A DNA stretch of 64,000 bases. Source: Mobula birostris (lineage: Eukaryota). Position 1 is the stretch's first letter. Each line of letters opens with the position of its first letter. The stretch lies in NCBI RefSeq assembly GCF_030028105.1, contig NC_092374.1:178584057-178648056 (forward strand), read 5' to 3'. Both the position numbers and the translations under genes were made by a program. This document shows positions 11,200-22,800 of this stretch, one piece after another. The notes below the pieces were generated by a model that saw nothing but the letters and a program-made list of their open reading frames with translations, was not told the DNA's origin and ran no database searches.

Positions 11200-12900
11200 A
11201 AGAAGTCAGTACACCAATGAACTTTCTGGGATTAATCATAGAGTCATGGAGAAGTACAGCATAGAAACAGGCCCTTCAGCCCATCTAGTCCATGCCAAAA
11301 CCATTTAAACTGCCTATTCCAGTTGACCTACTCCGGGACCATAGCCCTCCATATCCCTACTCTCCATGTACCTATCCATACTTCGCTTAAGCATTGAAAT
11401 TGAGCTTGCATGAACCACTTGTGTCGGAAGCTCATTCCACACCCTCACAATGCCCTGGGTGAAGAACTTTCTCCTCAGGATCCTCTTAAACTTCTCACCT
11501 GTCACTCTTAAGCCAGGTGTAGTACCAGCCAACCTCAGTGAAAAAGAAAGCCTGTTTGTATTTACCCTATCTATGCCCCTCATAATTTTGTATACCTCTA
11601 TCAAATCTCCTCTCAGTCTTCTAAATTCTAAAGAATACATTCCTAACATATTTAATCTTTCCTTATAACTCAGGTCGTCTTACCCTCCCCCTCCCCCATA
11701 CTCTTGTAGATTTTCTCTTTGAAGATCTCCCTCATCTGTTTCAGCTCCACACATGGATTACTATTCTGGTCTTCCAGAGGACCAATGTTGTCCCTTGCAA
11801 TCCTTTTGCTCTTAACATATCTATAGAATCCTTCGGGATTCTCCTTCACCTTCTCTGCTTGAGCAACTTCATGTCTTCTTGTAGCCTTCCCGATTTTTTT
11901 CTTGAGTGTTCTCTTGCACTTCTTATACTCCATAAGCACCTCATTTGTTCCTCCCTGCCTGTGCCTGCTAGACACCTCCTTTTTCTCTTAACCAGGGCCT
12001 CAATATTTCTTGAAAACCAAGGTTCCCTGCACCTGTTATCTTTACCATTTATATGACAAGTACATACAAGCTTTGTACTCTCAAAGTTTGTTTTTGAAGG
12101 CCTCTAACTTTCCAAGTACACCTTTGCCAGAAAACGGCAATTCACAATCCACACTTACCAGATTCTTTCTTATACCACCAAAATTAGCCTTTCTCCAATT
12201 TAGAATCTCAGCCCGTGCACTAGACCTTTCTTTTTGCATATTTACCTTGAAAATAATGGCATTATGGGCATTGGATGCAAAATGTTGCCCTATACAAACT
12301 TATGTCACCTGCCCTGTATCATTTCCTAACAGCAGATCCAGTATCTATAAGACCGTAAGACACAGGAGCAGAATTCGGCCATCTGGTCCATCAAGTCTTT
12401 TCTGACATTCAATCATGGTTGATTATTTTTTTCTTCTCCTCCTCAACCCCAGTTCATGGCTTTCTCCCTGTAACCTTTGATGCCATGTCCAATCAACATC
12501 CTATCAATCTCTGCCTTAAGTACACCCAATGACCTGGCCTCCACAGCAGCATGTGGCAACAAATTCCACAAATTCACCACCCTTTGAGGGGAATGGCCAC
12601 AGGGGTGCTCTGCTCTAACTGCCTATTTCCATTTCTACTAACAGTCACCCAGCTATTCACCTGCAATTTCAGGGTAACTACTTCCCTGTAACTTTGATCA
12701 GTTATGTCCTCACTCTCCCGTACAAGCCAAAGGTCATCCAGTTGCTGCTCCAGATCCCTAACATGGTCTTCAAGGAGCTGCAGGCAGATGCATTTCATGC
12801 AGATGTAGATCTCCAGGAGATTCTGGGTCTCCCAGTTCTCCAACATCTGGCACGAAGAGCGCATCACAGCTATTTAAATGGTACAGTAAAAGAGGAAACA
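11200..12900 (-). mobile_element. Stacked CR1 LINE fragments (RT 3' end, mid-ORF2, ORF1 zinc-finger region)
   Basis: ORFs 11314-11649 (LYSLEFRRLRGDLIEVYKIM), 11670-11975 and 12574-12867 (YICMKC..QLLEDHVRDLEQQLDDL). Confidence 0.85.
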
Positions 12901-13108
12901 AAAAACAAAAAGGAAACCTTAACAGACGCTTCATAGTCCAACCCAACCTCAGCTTAAAAGTATATTGCTTAAAGGGAAATTACACGCTGCAGATTGCAGT
13001 GAGAATAATTCAAAAGGGGTATATTTAGAAGTATTGTACATAGCCCACAAAATGTCACCGTGATTCACCGGCACCATATTGCAACCTCACCAAACCCCAG
13101 TTTTAGAG

Positions 13109-13270
13109 TCACCCCATAATGTCTGTGTGGCATATCATGGCGAAGGCCTTTTCCCGGACCAACCTGACATGGCAGACATCCAGCCCTCTCTTCTGCACGT
13201 ACTCGACGATATCCCTGAGTAGCTCGAGTCTGTCAGAGATCATCCTGCCTGGTGCAGAATACTGAAGAGA
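13109..13270 (-). mobile_element. L1/Tx1-clade RT fragment
   Basis: QYSAPGRMISDRLELLRDIVEYVQ..LDVCHVRLVREKAFAMICH resembles Tx1 RT (PGRxIxD....RD......SLDQEKAFDRxxH). Confidence 0.6.
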
Positions 13271-14181
13271 AGTGCTGCGGGAGCTCTGCACTGTCAGAGC
13301 AGCGGTATTTCGTAACTTCAGCAGTGATCGGAGACAATACTGAGAGAGCACTGCAGAGTGAATCGAACGGCACTGATGGGCTTGTTGAGGTCTCTGTCGG
13401 TCAGCGTCGACCGTGGATGTGGCATCCGAGCTGTCTAGATACGCAAGCCTGTGCAGTATAATGTGGAGAACGAGTTGTTGCCCATGTAGCAAGCTCCCTC
13501 TCTCCAGGCATCTGCAGAACCGAAAGGAACAACAGGGACCGATACATTTTGGCAGCAGCTGCTTCGCAGGATTTGCCAGTCAGCGATAAACTCAACGTAG
13601 GGACTGTAGCTCCAGATTTTCCCTCATGGGTTTACTCCCAAAGCCTTCCCCATGAGTGGGTATAGCTGCAAGGCAGCAGAAGTTTGAGATCAGAGTTTTC
13701 CTTCTCCTAGATAAATTGCCAACCACGGCTGACGAGACACTTTTCCTGAAGGGACCGGTTTTAAAGTGCCAGTAACGCAGCTTTGGTCCTTCTCCTGGCA
13801 GTAGAAACAGTTCCGCTGGGCTTGGTAGCCACACATGAAGATCAGGAACTGGACTTGGTTGTCAGGCTATTTGAGTCGCACCCCACTGGGAGAATTTAAT
13901 AGATAGGGGCAGCTCATTCCCATTACCACCCCGGCGACAACAACCTTAAGGAACTAAGCGATGAACGTCTGCACTGTTAGAAGGGCAATAAAGTAACACT
14001 CCAATAATCACCTAACTGGCTTTTCAGAGATCACAAAGGTTCAGTATCCGGCTCACCAGGTAATATTTGCCGGGTTCCCTCTCACTCACTGAAACCCTGC
14101 TTCCTCCGTTCCATTTTGAAACCCGTTTCCTGCGCATCTTTTCTACTTGCCTGGTTCATGACAAAATGTATTATCAGATTA

Positions 14182-14716
14182 TGTAATATTTCTTTAAAAC
14201 GAGATAGGAGGCTGGTGAGATACCAATACAAATAATCCTGAGAACCTGCTGATCGAACCCCACCAGATAACCCCAGAACACTGGGTTATCAGGGTTTTAA
14301 TGTGCAGGTCGTCCCCGGGTAACGACAGGGTCCAGGTCCTGAGAACTGGCCATCACCCGGGTTCCTTTGTGTGTGGGGGAGGGTTGTGGGAACAGAAGAA
14401 ACGGGAGAACGATGCAGACACGGGAACAGCGGCCGCCAGAGAGTTACATCCATGCCTCGGTGTCCCTGGAGAAGGTGTATACATGTATACACGACCATTG
14501 CTTTTTCAGGGACTGGTGGGCACCTCAGGGGCTCATGTGTGTTTTGGACAGTCATGACCGTATTATAATATGAAACTGTAAATAGTGTGTATGTCCTGTA
14601 AAATGTATAATATTGATTGTAATCATACGAATAAACCTTGGTTTAAAAATAACGTGCGCCCATCAGCTGGCCTTGTTGACTCAGTGAGAGATGGAGCGAG
14701 TCTGCTCAGCTCTACA
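14182..14716 (+). mobile_element. Solo-LTR-like segment (uncertain)
   Basis: Starts TGTAAT, ends CTACA, has AATAAA near 14630 and is CpG-rich; no clear TSD found. Confidence 0.35.
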
Positions 14717-15719
14717 CAGAGCCCAATTAGTGCGACTTTGGGTGGGGAGAGTGCAGGCACGGTAGATGCCCCGTACCCTCCCCGCAGAAGGTGCCTGCAG
14801 CTCCGTATAAGCTCCTATCCACCTTGGTCTGGCAAATGCACGATTCCATGAGTGTTTATAAGTGTCCATAAATCGGGCGTTTGTAACTGCGGAGTGCCTG
14901 TTCCGCGAACATAAAAAGAGAACCCCCAAGAATTCCAGCCTCAGCACAAGCAAAGTGCTGAAGGAACTCCACAGGCCAGGACCCAGGTGAATCTCGACCG
15001 CATTCCCTCCATAGTAAGATCTGTGAAGCTCCGATATCCCAGTGCGCTCAAGACTTCAGAGGAACCAGACTATCAGAATTTCACGAGTACTGAATGTAAC
15101 CCAATGTAATATCCCAATGCGTTTTCAACTCTTTTAAAGATCTTACGCAATGTTATGATAAATTTTCCTGTGACCCCGGAAGAGTGCACGGGATTAAGAG
15201 CCTGGTCAATTTCCAGGGAGCCTGGCATCCGGGACACTAACAAGTTTCTGGGGAGGCCGAGAACGGGAACTCCGGTACTGTTCCGGGGACCCTGTCAATT
15301 TCAGTAGAGAATAACGGACAGAGTTTGAAGGGAACTCAGAAAATAGACATTGAAGGGAAAACAGAAGTAGAGACCCAAGGGAGTCGCCTCGAACTATGGG
15401 AATTGAGGCAACGGTGAGGTTCGGGGAGCAAGGGAAGTGTTATCTGCGACCCAGATACTGAAACATCAGATTAATCAAAATCTTACCTTGTATATCTCCT
15501 CCCTGGAGTATGAACGCACAATTTTTGGACAAACCTAAATGAACTTATTCACGAAATTTCAATTTGACTGAAAGTTTCCTATAATTTTTAAAACAATTTT
15601 AAAGCAATTTTAGTACCTCGCTCACTTTAGAGCTGAGCTTCACGGTTGAGCTTGTGAGCCAAATCTAGTGATCTGGCTTTAGCCAGTGTGGTCAGAGCCT
15701 GACCATGCTTGCAGGCTCT

Positions 15720-17300
15720 TCAAGAATGTGCTCACTTTCCCACTTCTGTTCAAAGTAATGTTATTATCAAAGTATGTATATGTTACCATATACAACCCTG
15801 AGATTGGTTTTCTATTGGACATACACGGTGAATCCAAGAAACACGATAGAATCATCAAAGGTCTGCACTCAACAGGAGGGAAAAACAAAAAAACTGCAAA
15901 AAACTAACTAAATAAATAAATACGCAAGCAACAAATACAGTACTGAGAACATAAGATGGAGGGACCTTGAAAGTGAGTTCATAGGTTGTGTGAACAGTTC
16001 AGTCATGGAGTGAGGGAAGATATCCCTTCCGGTTTAAAAGCCGAATAGTTGAGGGGTAGTGACTGTTTCTGAAGCTGGTGGTGAAAACCCTGAGGCTCCT
16101 GTACATTCTTGCTGATGGCAGCAGAGAGCAGAGAGCAAGGCCTGGGTGGTGGGCATCCTTGATGATGGATGCTGCTTTCCTGCAGCAGCTCACCATGTAG
16201 TTGTGCTCACTGGTACAGAGGGCTTTAACCGTGATGGACTAGGCTGCATCCACTATTTGTTTGTAGGATTTTCCATTCAAGGGCATTAGTGTTTCCATAA
16301 TAGGCTGTAATGCAGCCAGTCAATGTACCCTCCACCATCCAACTGCAAATGCTTATCAATGTTTTAGATTTTATGCCAAATCTTCACAAAATTAAGGAAG
16401 TAATGGCACTTACTGCAAGACCCAGGACAGATCATCTGAAATAATAGCACCGAGGAATTTAAAGTCTCTCCACATCTTATCCCCCGATGAGGACTGGCTC
16501 ACAGAGCTCTGGTTTCTTCCTCCTGAAGTCAATAATCAGCCCCTTGATCTTGCTGACATTGAGTAAGAAATTGTTGTTGTGGTGCCACTCTGCTAGATTT
16601 TCAATCTGCCTCCTACATGCTAATTCATCACCGCCTTTGATTCAGCCAACAAACTTACATATGGCATTGGAGCTGTGCATAGCCGCACAGCCAAAAGTAT
16701 AAAGCAAGTACAGCAGGGTGCCCTGCACATAGCCTTGTGGTGTATCTGTGCTGATGGACATGTTGCTGGCAATCTGAACTGACTGGTGTTTACATGCCAG
16801 GAAATTGAGGATCCAATTGCACACGGAGATATTAAGGTCAAGGTCTTGAAGCTTATTGATTACTTTGGAGGGGGTGATACAATTAAATGCCTATAAAGAG
16901 TATTGTGATGTATGCACCTTTGCCGTCCTGATGTTCCAGCGTTGAGTGAAGAGCCAATGAAATGGCATCTGTAGTGGACCTGTTGTGAAGGTGTGCAAAT
17001 TGGAATGGATCCAAGATGTTTCTCAGACATGAGTTGATATGTTTCATCACTAACCTCTCAAAATACATCATCTCAGTGGATGTAGGTGCTACAGGATGAT
17101 GGTCACTGGGGCAGGTTACCACATTCTTCTTTGGCACCAGTGAGGTTGAAGCCTGCTTGAAGCAGATCGGTACCTCAGACTGCTGAAGTGAGAGGTTAAA
17201 AGCTTTAAGTGAACACTCCAGCGACATGATCACCAGGGGTCTTTAGTACTCGGCCAGGTGCCCCATCGGGGCTGGATGCTCTCTTGTGGGTCAACTTCCT
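15720..17300 (-). mobile_element. Degenerate Rex1/Babar-type LINE (RT and 3' end)
   Basis: ORF 16883-17233 (FNLSL.QS.VP.CFK...VPKK...ERLVMKHI..LDP.QFA..NRST.DAISLALH) and 15999-16196 (HHPG..L.SLLPS.R.YRS). Confidence 0.85.
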
Positions 17301-18540
17301 GATGAATGCTCTCACAGCAGGTCTGTGACCCTCTTCACGTTCACTTCTCAGGAATGGATTTCATTCATGATCCGTGTGGTATCTTTGTCGTGAAGCTGTG
17401 CAACATAGGAGGAACAATAGTATGGAATGCAGCATCTTCTGTGCTGAGTCATCAATGTACAGACAGAGGGCGACACCCGGAGTGCTGCACTGCTGGGCTC
17501 AGTCCTAAGAATGCTGCACGCAGAGGCCAGTGTTGAGGGAGTGTTGCATTGTCAGCTGGCAATATTACCCTGTCAGGGGGGCAGGACTGAGGAAACACTG
17601 TACCATTTGAAAGAGTAATATGAAGCAAGTGCTCCACTGTAACAGGACATTCCAAGGAAGTGCTGTAACAGCAGAGGTGCGTGCTGAGACAGTTAAAGGG
17701 AGATACTGAGAGACTGCGCTACTGTAAAGATTGATTTTAAGGAAGCACTGAAAGAGAGATATTGAGGGAGAACTGTTCTGTTGAGAGACAGTGCAAGGGG
17801 AGCACTGTGCAACTGGAGAGGTTGTGCCAGTCTCCACTGTTGTAACTAAGGTTCTGATTCACTTTAAGAAGTGGATTATCTGAAGAAGGACCATTGCTGA
17901 GGGGCTGTTATAGTGTCGAAGGTGCAATGCATTGTGCCCCTGGAGACCGCATGTTTAGACACTCAGTCTTGGGAAAACGTTGCGGGATCGCATGTCTGCA
18001 TCTTTAGCGGGGCTGTGCTGATCATGGATTATAATTTCATTATTGTGTTCATTTTTGGCCACTTCATTATCGGAAGGATGTAGAAGCTTGAGGTAGGGTG
18101 CAGTGGAGATTTACCAGGATGCTGCCTGCATTAGTGAGTATGTCTTATGAAGATAGTTTCAGTGAGCTAGGGCTTTTATCTTTGGAGCAAAGAAGGATGA
18201 GAGGTGACTTGACAGAGATATAAAGATGGTAAGAGGCATAAGAAAAATAGATTGAGTGGATAGCCAGAGTTTTCCCATGGTGGAAATGGCTAATATGAGG
18301 GGGAATAATTTGAAGATGATTAGAATAAATTATAGAGGGATGTCAGAAGTAAGTTTTTTTTTACAGTGTGATTGGTGCATTTAATATTTGACATTTCTAG
18401 TCTGTGGAAGAAACTGACTAGCCCATCTCTATATGTCTCTCAGGATTATATAAATCTCTATCAGGTCTGCCCTCAACCTTTAATGCTCCAGAGAAAACAA
18501 TACGAGTTTGCCCAACCATACAACAGGGAAAGTAACAATA

Positions 18541-18546
18541 TTTATT
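18541..18546 (-). terminator. Candidate polyadenylation signal of gene B (AATAAA)
   Basis: tttatt on plus, located where homology to the gene A 3' UTR ends. Confidence 0.45.
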
Positions 18547-18917
18547 CCATTGTATAATCCTCAAATTTTGTACTGTCTCATTCACCAAATTGCCACAACA
18601 TCCCAGAGTTTCTGATCATATTATTAACTAAATGTTGGACCCTGCCAATCTCCAATGAAGAAAAGAATTACTCTTGGCTGTCCAGTGTTCAAAACAGGCA
18701 TTCATACTTCAGAGCAACAATTTGACATATAGCATTTGTGGTGGAATTAGGACTGGAGAGGGACCTTACAAATGAGTGTCAAACATCAGTGCACTGCAAC
18801 ACTGGAACTTGAAATCTTTCTCAGATGTCAGAAAAAATTTAAAACATAGCTAAACGGGAGTTGGTCAAAGCAGCAGAAGATTCAGCCAGCAAGTTCCCAC
18901 AGTGGATGCAACACTAA

Positions 18918-19552
18918 ACCTATCTTCATAAAGATCAGAAGTGGAGAGAATGAGCAATTTCAAGTTCCTGGGTGTCAACATCTCTGAGGATGCAGCTATA
19001 AAGAAGCCAAGACAGCGGCTGTATTTCATTGGGAGGTTGAGGTGATTTTGTTGGTCAACCAAAACACTTGAAAACTTCTACAAATGTACGATGGAGAACA
19101 TTCTGACTGGCTGCATCACCATCTGTTATGAGGGATTACTGGACAAGATTGAAATAAATTGCAGAAACTTGTAAAATTAGTCAGATCTATCAGGGGTACC
19201 AGCCTCCATAGTATCCAAAATATCTTCAAGGAGCGATGCCTTAGGAAGGCTACATCCACCACCACCCAGGACATGCCCTCTTCACACTGGAGCCATCAGG
19301 AAGGAGGCACAGAAGCCTTGGCACAGCTTCTTCCCCTCTGCCAGCCGATTTATCAATGGACATTGAACCCATGAACACCACTTCCTACTTCTTTTATTTC
19401 TGTTATCTTGCACTACTTAGTTTAACTTACAGCCATATATATACTTTACGTAACTCAGTTTTTTATTTATTGTCAATTTCATTGTACTGCTGCCGTAAAG
19501 TTAACAAATCTCACGATCTATGCCAGTGATATTAAATCTGATCCTGATTCTG
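18918..19552 (+). mobile_element. 5'-truncated Rex1/Babar-type LINE in the gene B 3' UTR; 5-bp TSD
   Basis: ACTAA at 18913-18917 and 19553-19557; (ttctga)-type tail; gene A has the empty site (agcttagtgttgg). Confidence 0.75.
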
Positions 19553-19776
19553 ACTAAGCTTGCTGAGGTGTGCAGTCACTCATCAAAAAAACGTGTTTGA
19601 AGCTGGACCCTGTGTTCAGAACTGTGCTTGAGTTAGAGCCGAATGCTGATCTGCAAAGGAGAAAAGAGAGGAGATTGAATGTACAGTCTAATACTGTCAC
19701 AGCAAGCAGGTTTAACAAAGGCATCTGTATGCTTACCCACCTCCAGTGACGCCTTGGTTCTCTCCTTGCTGCACCT

Positions 19777-19853
19777 CTACATCACTCCAAAGATTATCGC
19801 AAACACAGTCATCAGCCCCAACATAGGACCTGCACCATGGGGCTCACCAACTC
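19777..19853 (-). CDS. Gene B, terminal coding (membrane-anchor/GPI-signal-like) exon; exon continues as UTR to 19741 or 19737
   Basis: Acceptor ctttacttggtggacag|GA; (G)VGEPHGAGPMLGLMTVFAIIFGVM-TAG; donors GAG|gtgggt or TGG|gtaagc. Confidence 0.8.
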
Positions 19854-22800
19854 CTGTCCACCAAGTAAAGATCGGTAAATGTATAAATTATTTTATTATT
19901 GTCACCAGTTACCAGGTACAGTGGAAATACATGGTTTGCATTCCGTCCATACAAATCATTACATCAGGATATTAAGGTTGTACAAGGGAAATCAATAACA
20001 GAATGCAGAGTAATGTATTACTTTTACAGAGGATGTGTGGTGCTAGCTGGCACTAGGATGCAAGACCATTAAAAGTTAGATTGTGAGGTCAGATGCCTAT
20101 CTTACTATGTTTGGGGACCACTCAATTTTCTCACAGGAGCACGACAGAAGTGTTCATTGATCATTGTAGTACATGCCTTCAGGCTTTTGTATCTGTGCCT
20201 GATGGGAGTCGGGAGAAGTGGGGCGGGGGGGGAGCGCGGGGTGCTGGGGAGGGTAGTCCTATGTGGATAGTATTGGAAGATAGGAGAATGGAAGGTTTTT
20301 GAGGAAGGAAGGATGTCATTAGGATGGAAAGGATGCAGAGGAGATTCACAAAGATGGTGCCAGGAATGGAATGCTTGAGATATAAGGAGAGATAAGATAG
20401 GCTGGGATTATTTTCCTGGAGTGTAGGGGGCTGAGTTATAGAGAGAGGTATATAAAATTTTGAGGGGCATAGAGAGAGTGCACAATAATTTTTCAGGGCT
20501 CCTGATGGTATAGGTTTAAGTTAAGAGAGAAAAGATGTAACAGGAACCTGAGTGGCAACATGATGGTCAATTTATGGGTGCCAGAAGAAGTGGTTGAGGC
20601 AGACAAGTTAGCATCTTTTAAAAGATACATCCACCAGTACATGGATCTGAAGGGTTTAGGGAGATATGGGCCAGGATAAATGGGACTTCTTTGAACCGGA
20701 ATCTTGATCGACAAAGGTGTGTTGGGCTGAAGGGTCTGTTTCTCTGCTGCAGAATTCTACGAATCTATGACAATCAAACACCCAACAGCCAGGCAGTGAC
20801 CACTTGACAGTCAGGTCTTCCCCACAGTCCCAATTGCTTCTTAGTTGTTCTTTCTGTTGAGTTCTTACTATATTTCTTTGACCAACAGCTCAACTGCTTC
20901 TGTAACATCTGGTGAGCAGAAGGAACAGATTTAATTCGAGTGATAAAAGAGCACAGTAAATAATAACTTCCAAAATGGAAATGGGATATGTTCTTGGAAT
21001 TAAGAAATTTTCAGAGGTGTGTGAGAAGGAGTGGGGCTACTTGAGCAAGTCATTCAAAGTAGAGGACAAGGTGGTTAAGATAGCCTACAGGATGCTGGAT
21101 TTCATTGATTAGGACATAGAATTCAAGAGAAGGGAACTTATGGTGCAGCTTTATGGTGGAGATTCTTGATTAGGTCTTTCAAATTTGTAAATAGGGTGGT
21201 GAAGGAAGTGTATGAGATACCAATTATCAGTGCATAGAATACAAGGGCATGGGAATTATGGTACAGCTTTATAAAACACCGGTGAGGCTACATTCTGAGT
21301 ATTGTTTACAGTTCTGGTCACCAGAGCAGAGGAGAGATGTGATTGCATTGGACAGAGTGCAGAGGAGATTCGCTGGAATGTGGCTCAGATGAAATGGGAA
21401 GAGAGAATGGCTACACTGGTTTTGTTTTCTTTAGACGGGAGGAGACTGAGGATGGACCTGATGGAGTTATACAGAATTATTAGGGGTGTAGATAGGAAAC
21501 ACATAGAAAATGTTGGAAGAATTTTTAAAAATATATATTATTTCTGTTTTTGCACTATTTTAAAATCTGTTCAATATACATATATATAATTACTGTAGTT
21601 GATTTACTTACTTGTTTTATGTTTTTTCTATATTATCAAGCATTGCATTGTTCTGCTGCTGCTAAGTTAACAAATTTCACAACAGATGCCAGCAACAATA
21701 AACCTGATTCTGATTCTGAAGAGTGCTACAGGTTTTACTTGCTGCAGTTTATGCTTCCACTTCATGTGTTTGCTTGAACAGTAGTAAACCCTTCCCCATA
21801 GTAAAGGTGCCTATAACTCGACGTAGGTTTAAGATAATGACTAAGAGGTTTATAGAGAATCTACAGATGAATACTTTCACCAAGGGCGTGTTGGAGTTGG
21901 GAATAGACTGCCTGAGGAGATGGTGGAGGCAGAAACCGTCATAATTTTCAAGACGTACCTAGATGAGCAGTTGAATCATTAGGTTAAAGAAGGGGACGGG
22001 CCAAGTGTTTATGAGAACTAGAGGGTTTGCATGAATCAGACAGGCCGAAGAGCTTCCTTCTCTGCTGCACATGAGCCACCACAGGCAGAATGAAGCAAAT
22101 TCTGTACCGTACGATGACCTACCTCCCTTCGCCTTTGGCAGGCTGCTGTGCTCGACATGACAAGCATAGATGTTCGGGTCGTTGCCCTGCAGCTCAATGA
22201 CTAGTTCCATCCAATATGTATCATTGTAGTTTGGTAGCACCGTCACCTTGTAGCCCTCAGAGACAACCTGCCCATTCTTCAGCCAAGTAGCCTTGATAGC
22301 TCGGGGGTAGAAGGGAGTGATGATGCACGACAGACTCTCGCCTTCAGTAGCTGTTGGCCTCCTTGTCAACACCTGAGTCTTTGGAGCAACTGGGGAAGAA
22401 TCAAAAATTATGTCACCACCTCAACACAGGCTGATGATACCTTACTGTTATAGACTGAAGTTACAGTGTTCAATGTTGGGATTACTCTCACATCCTTCAC
22501 TGCCTCAGAATGTGATCTGCCTCACTATTACACTCACCATCTAATCTGAAATCAGCCTCCCCAGCCCAAGCTCATGCAGACTACAGACAGAGATTACGTT
22601 CATTCATCGGACAGGTCCAGATCAAGGTCACAGGCACTGTTCCCAATCCAACTGTAGTGCAATATCCCAAATTCAGATCATCCTCAAACTGCAAGATGGA
22701 GAATGCCCTCAGCACAGCAGTGGTGATCAGAAAGTCCCTCACTGCCCCAGACTGGGAGATCAGTCAATGTCTCCATTTGGGAGCGCCCTCACTCAAAGAT

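Larger units (their letters stand above)
18520..19650 (-). other. Gene B, last (3' UTR) exon containing a LINE insertion; end approximate
   Basis: Acceptor ctctcttttctcctttgcag at 19652/19651; homologous to gene A 5363-5930; AATAAA at 18541-18546. Confidence 0.55.

Noticed and set aside
15487-15534. 48-nt minus-strand micro-exon candidate (tttag|...CAAG|gtaaga)
   Set aside because: Good splice signals but no homologue in gene A, no partner exons and no recognisable peptide.
15692-15720. Small hairpin AGAGCCTG-N10-CAGGCTCT as a possible ncRNA
   Set aside because: An 8-bp stem is within chance expectation; no snoRNA boxes, tRNA fold or second hairpin.
17440-17850. Degenerate gagggagtg/cactgt repeat-rich stretch (similar texture at 33960-34220) and its short ORFs
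   Set aside because: Decayed minisatellite-like sequence with no consistent unit, splice pattern or domain.
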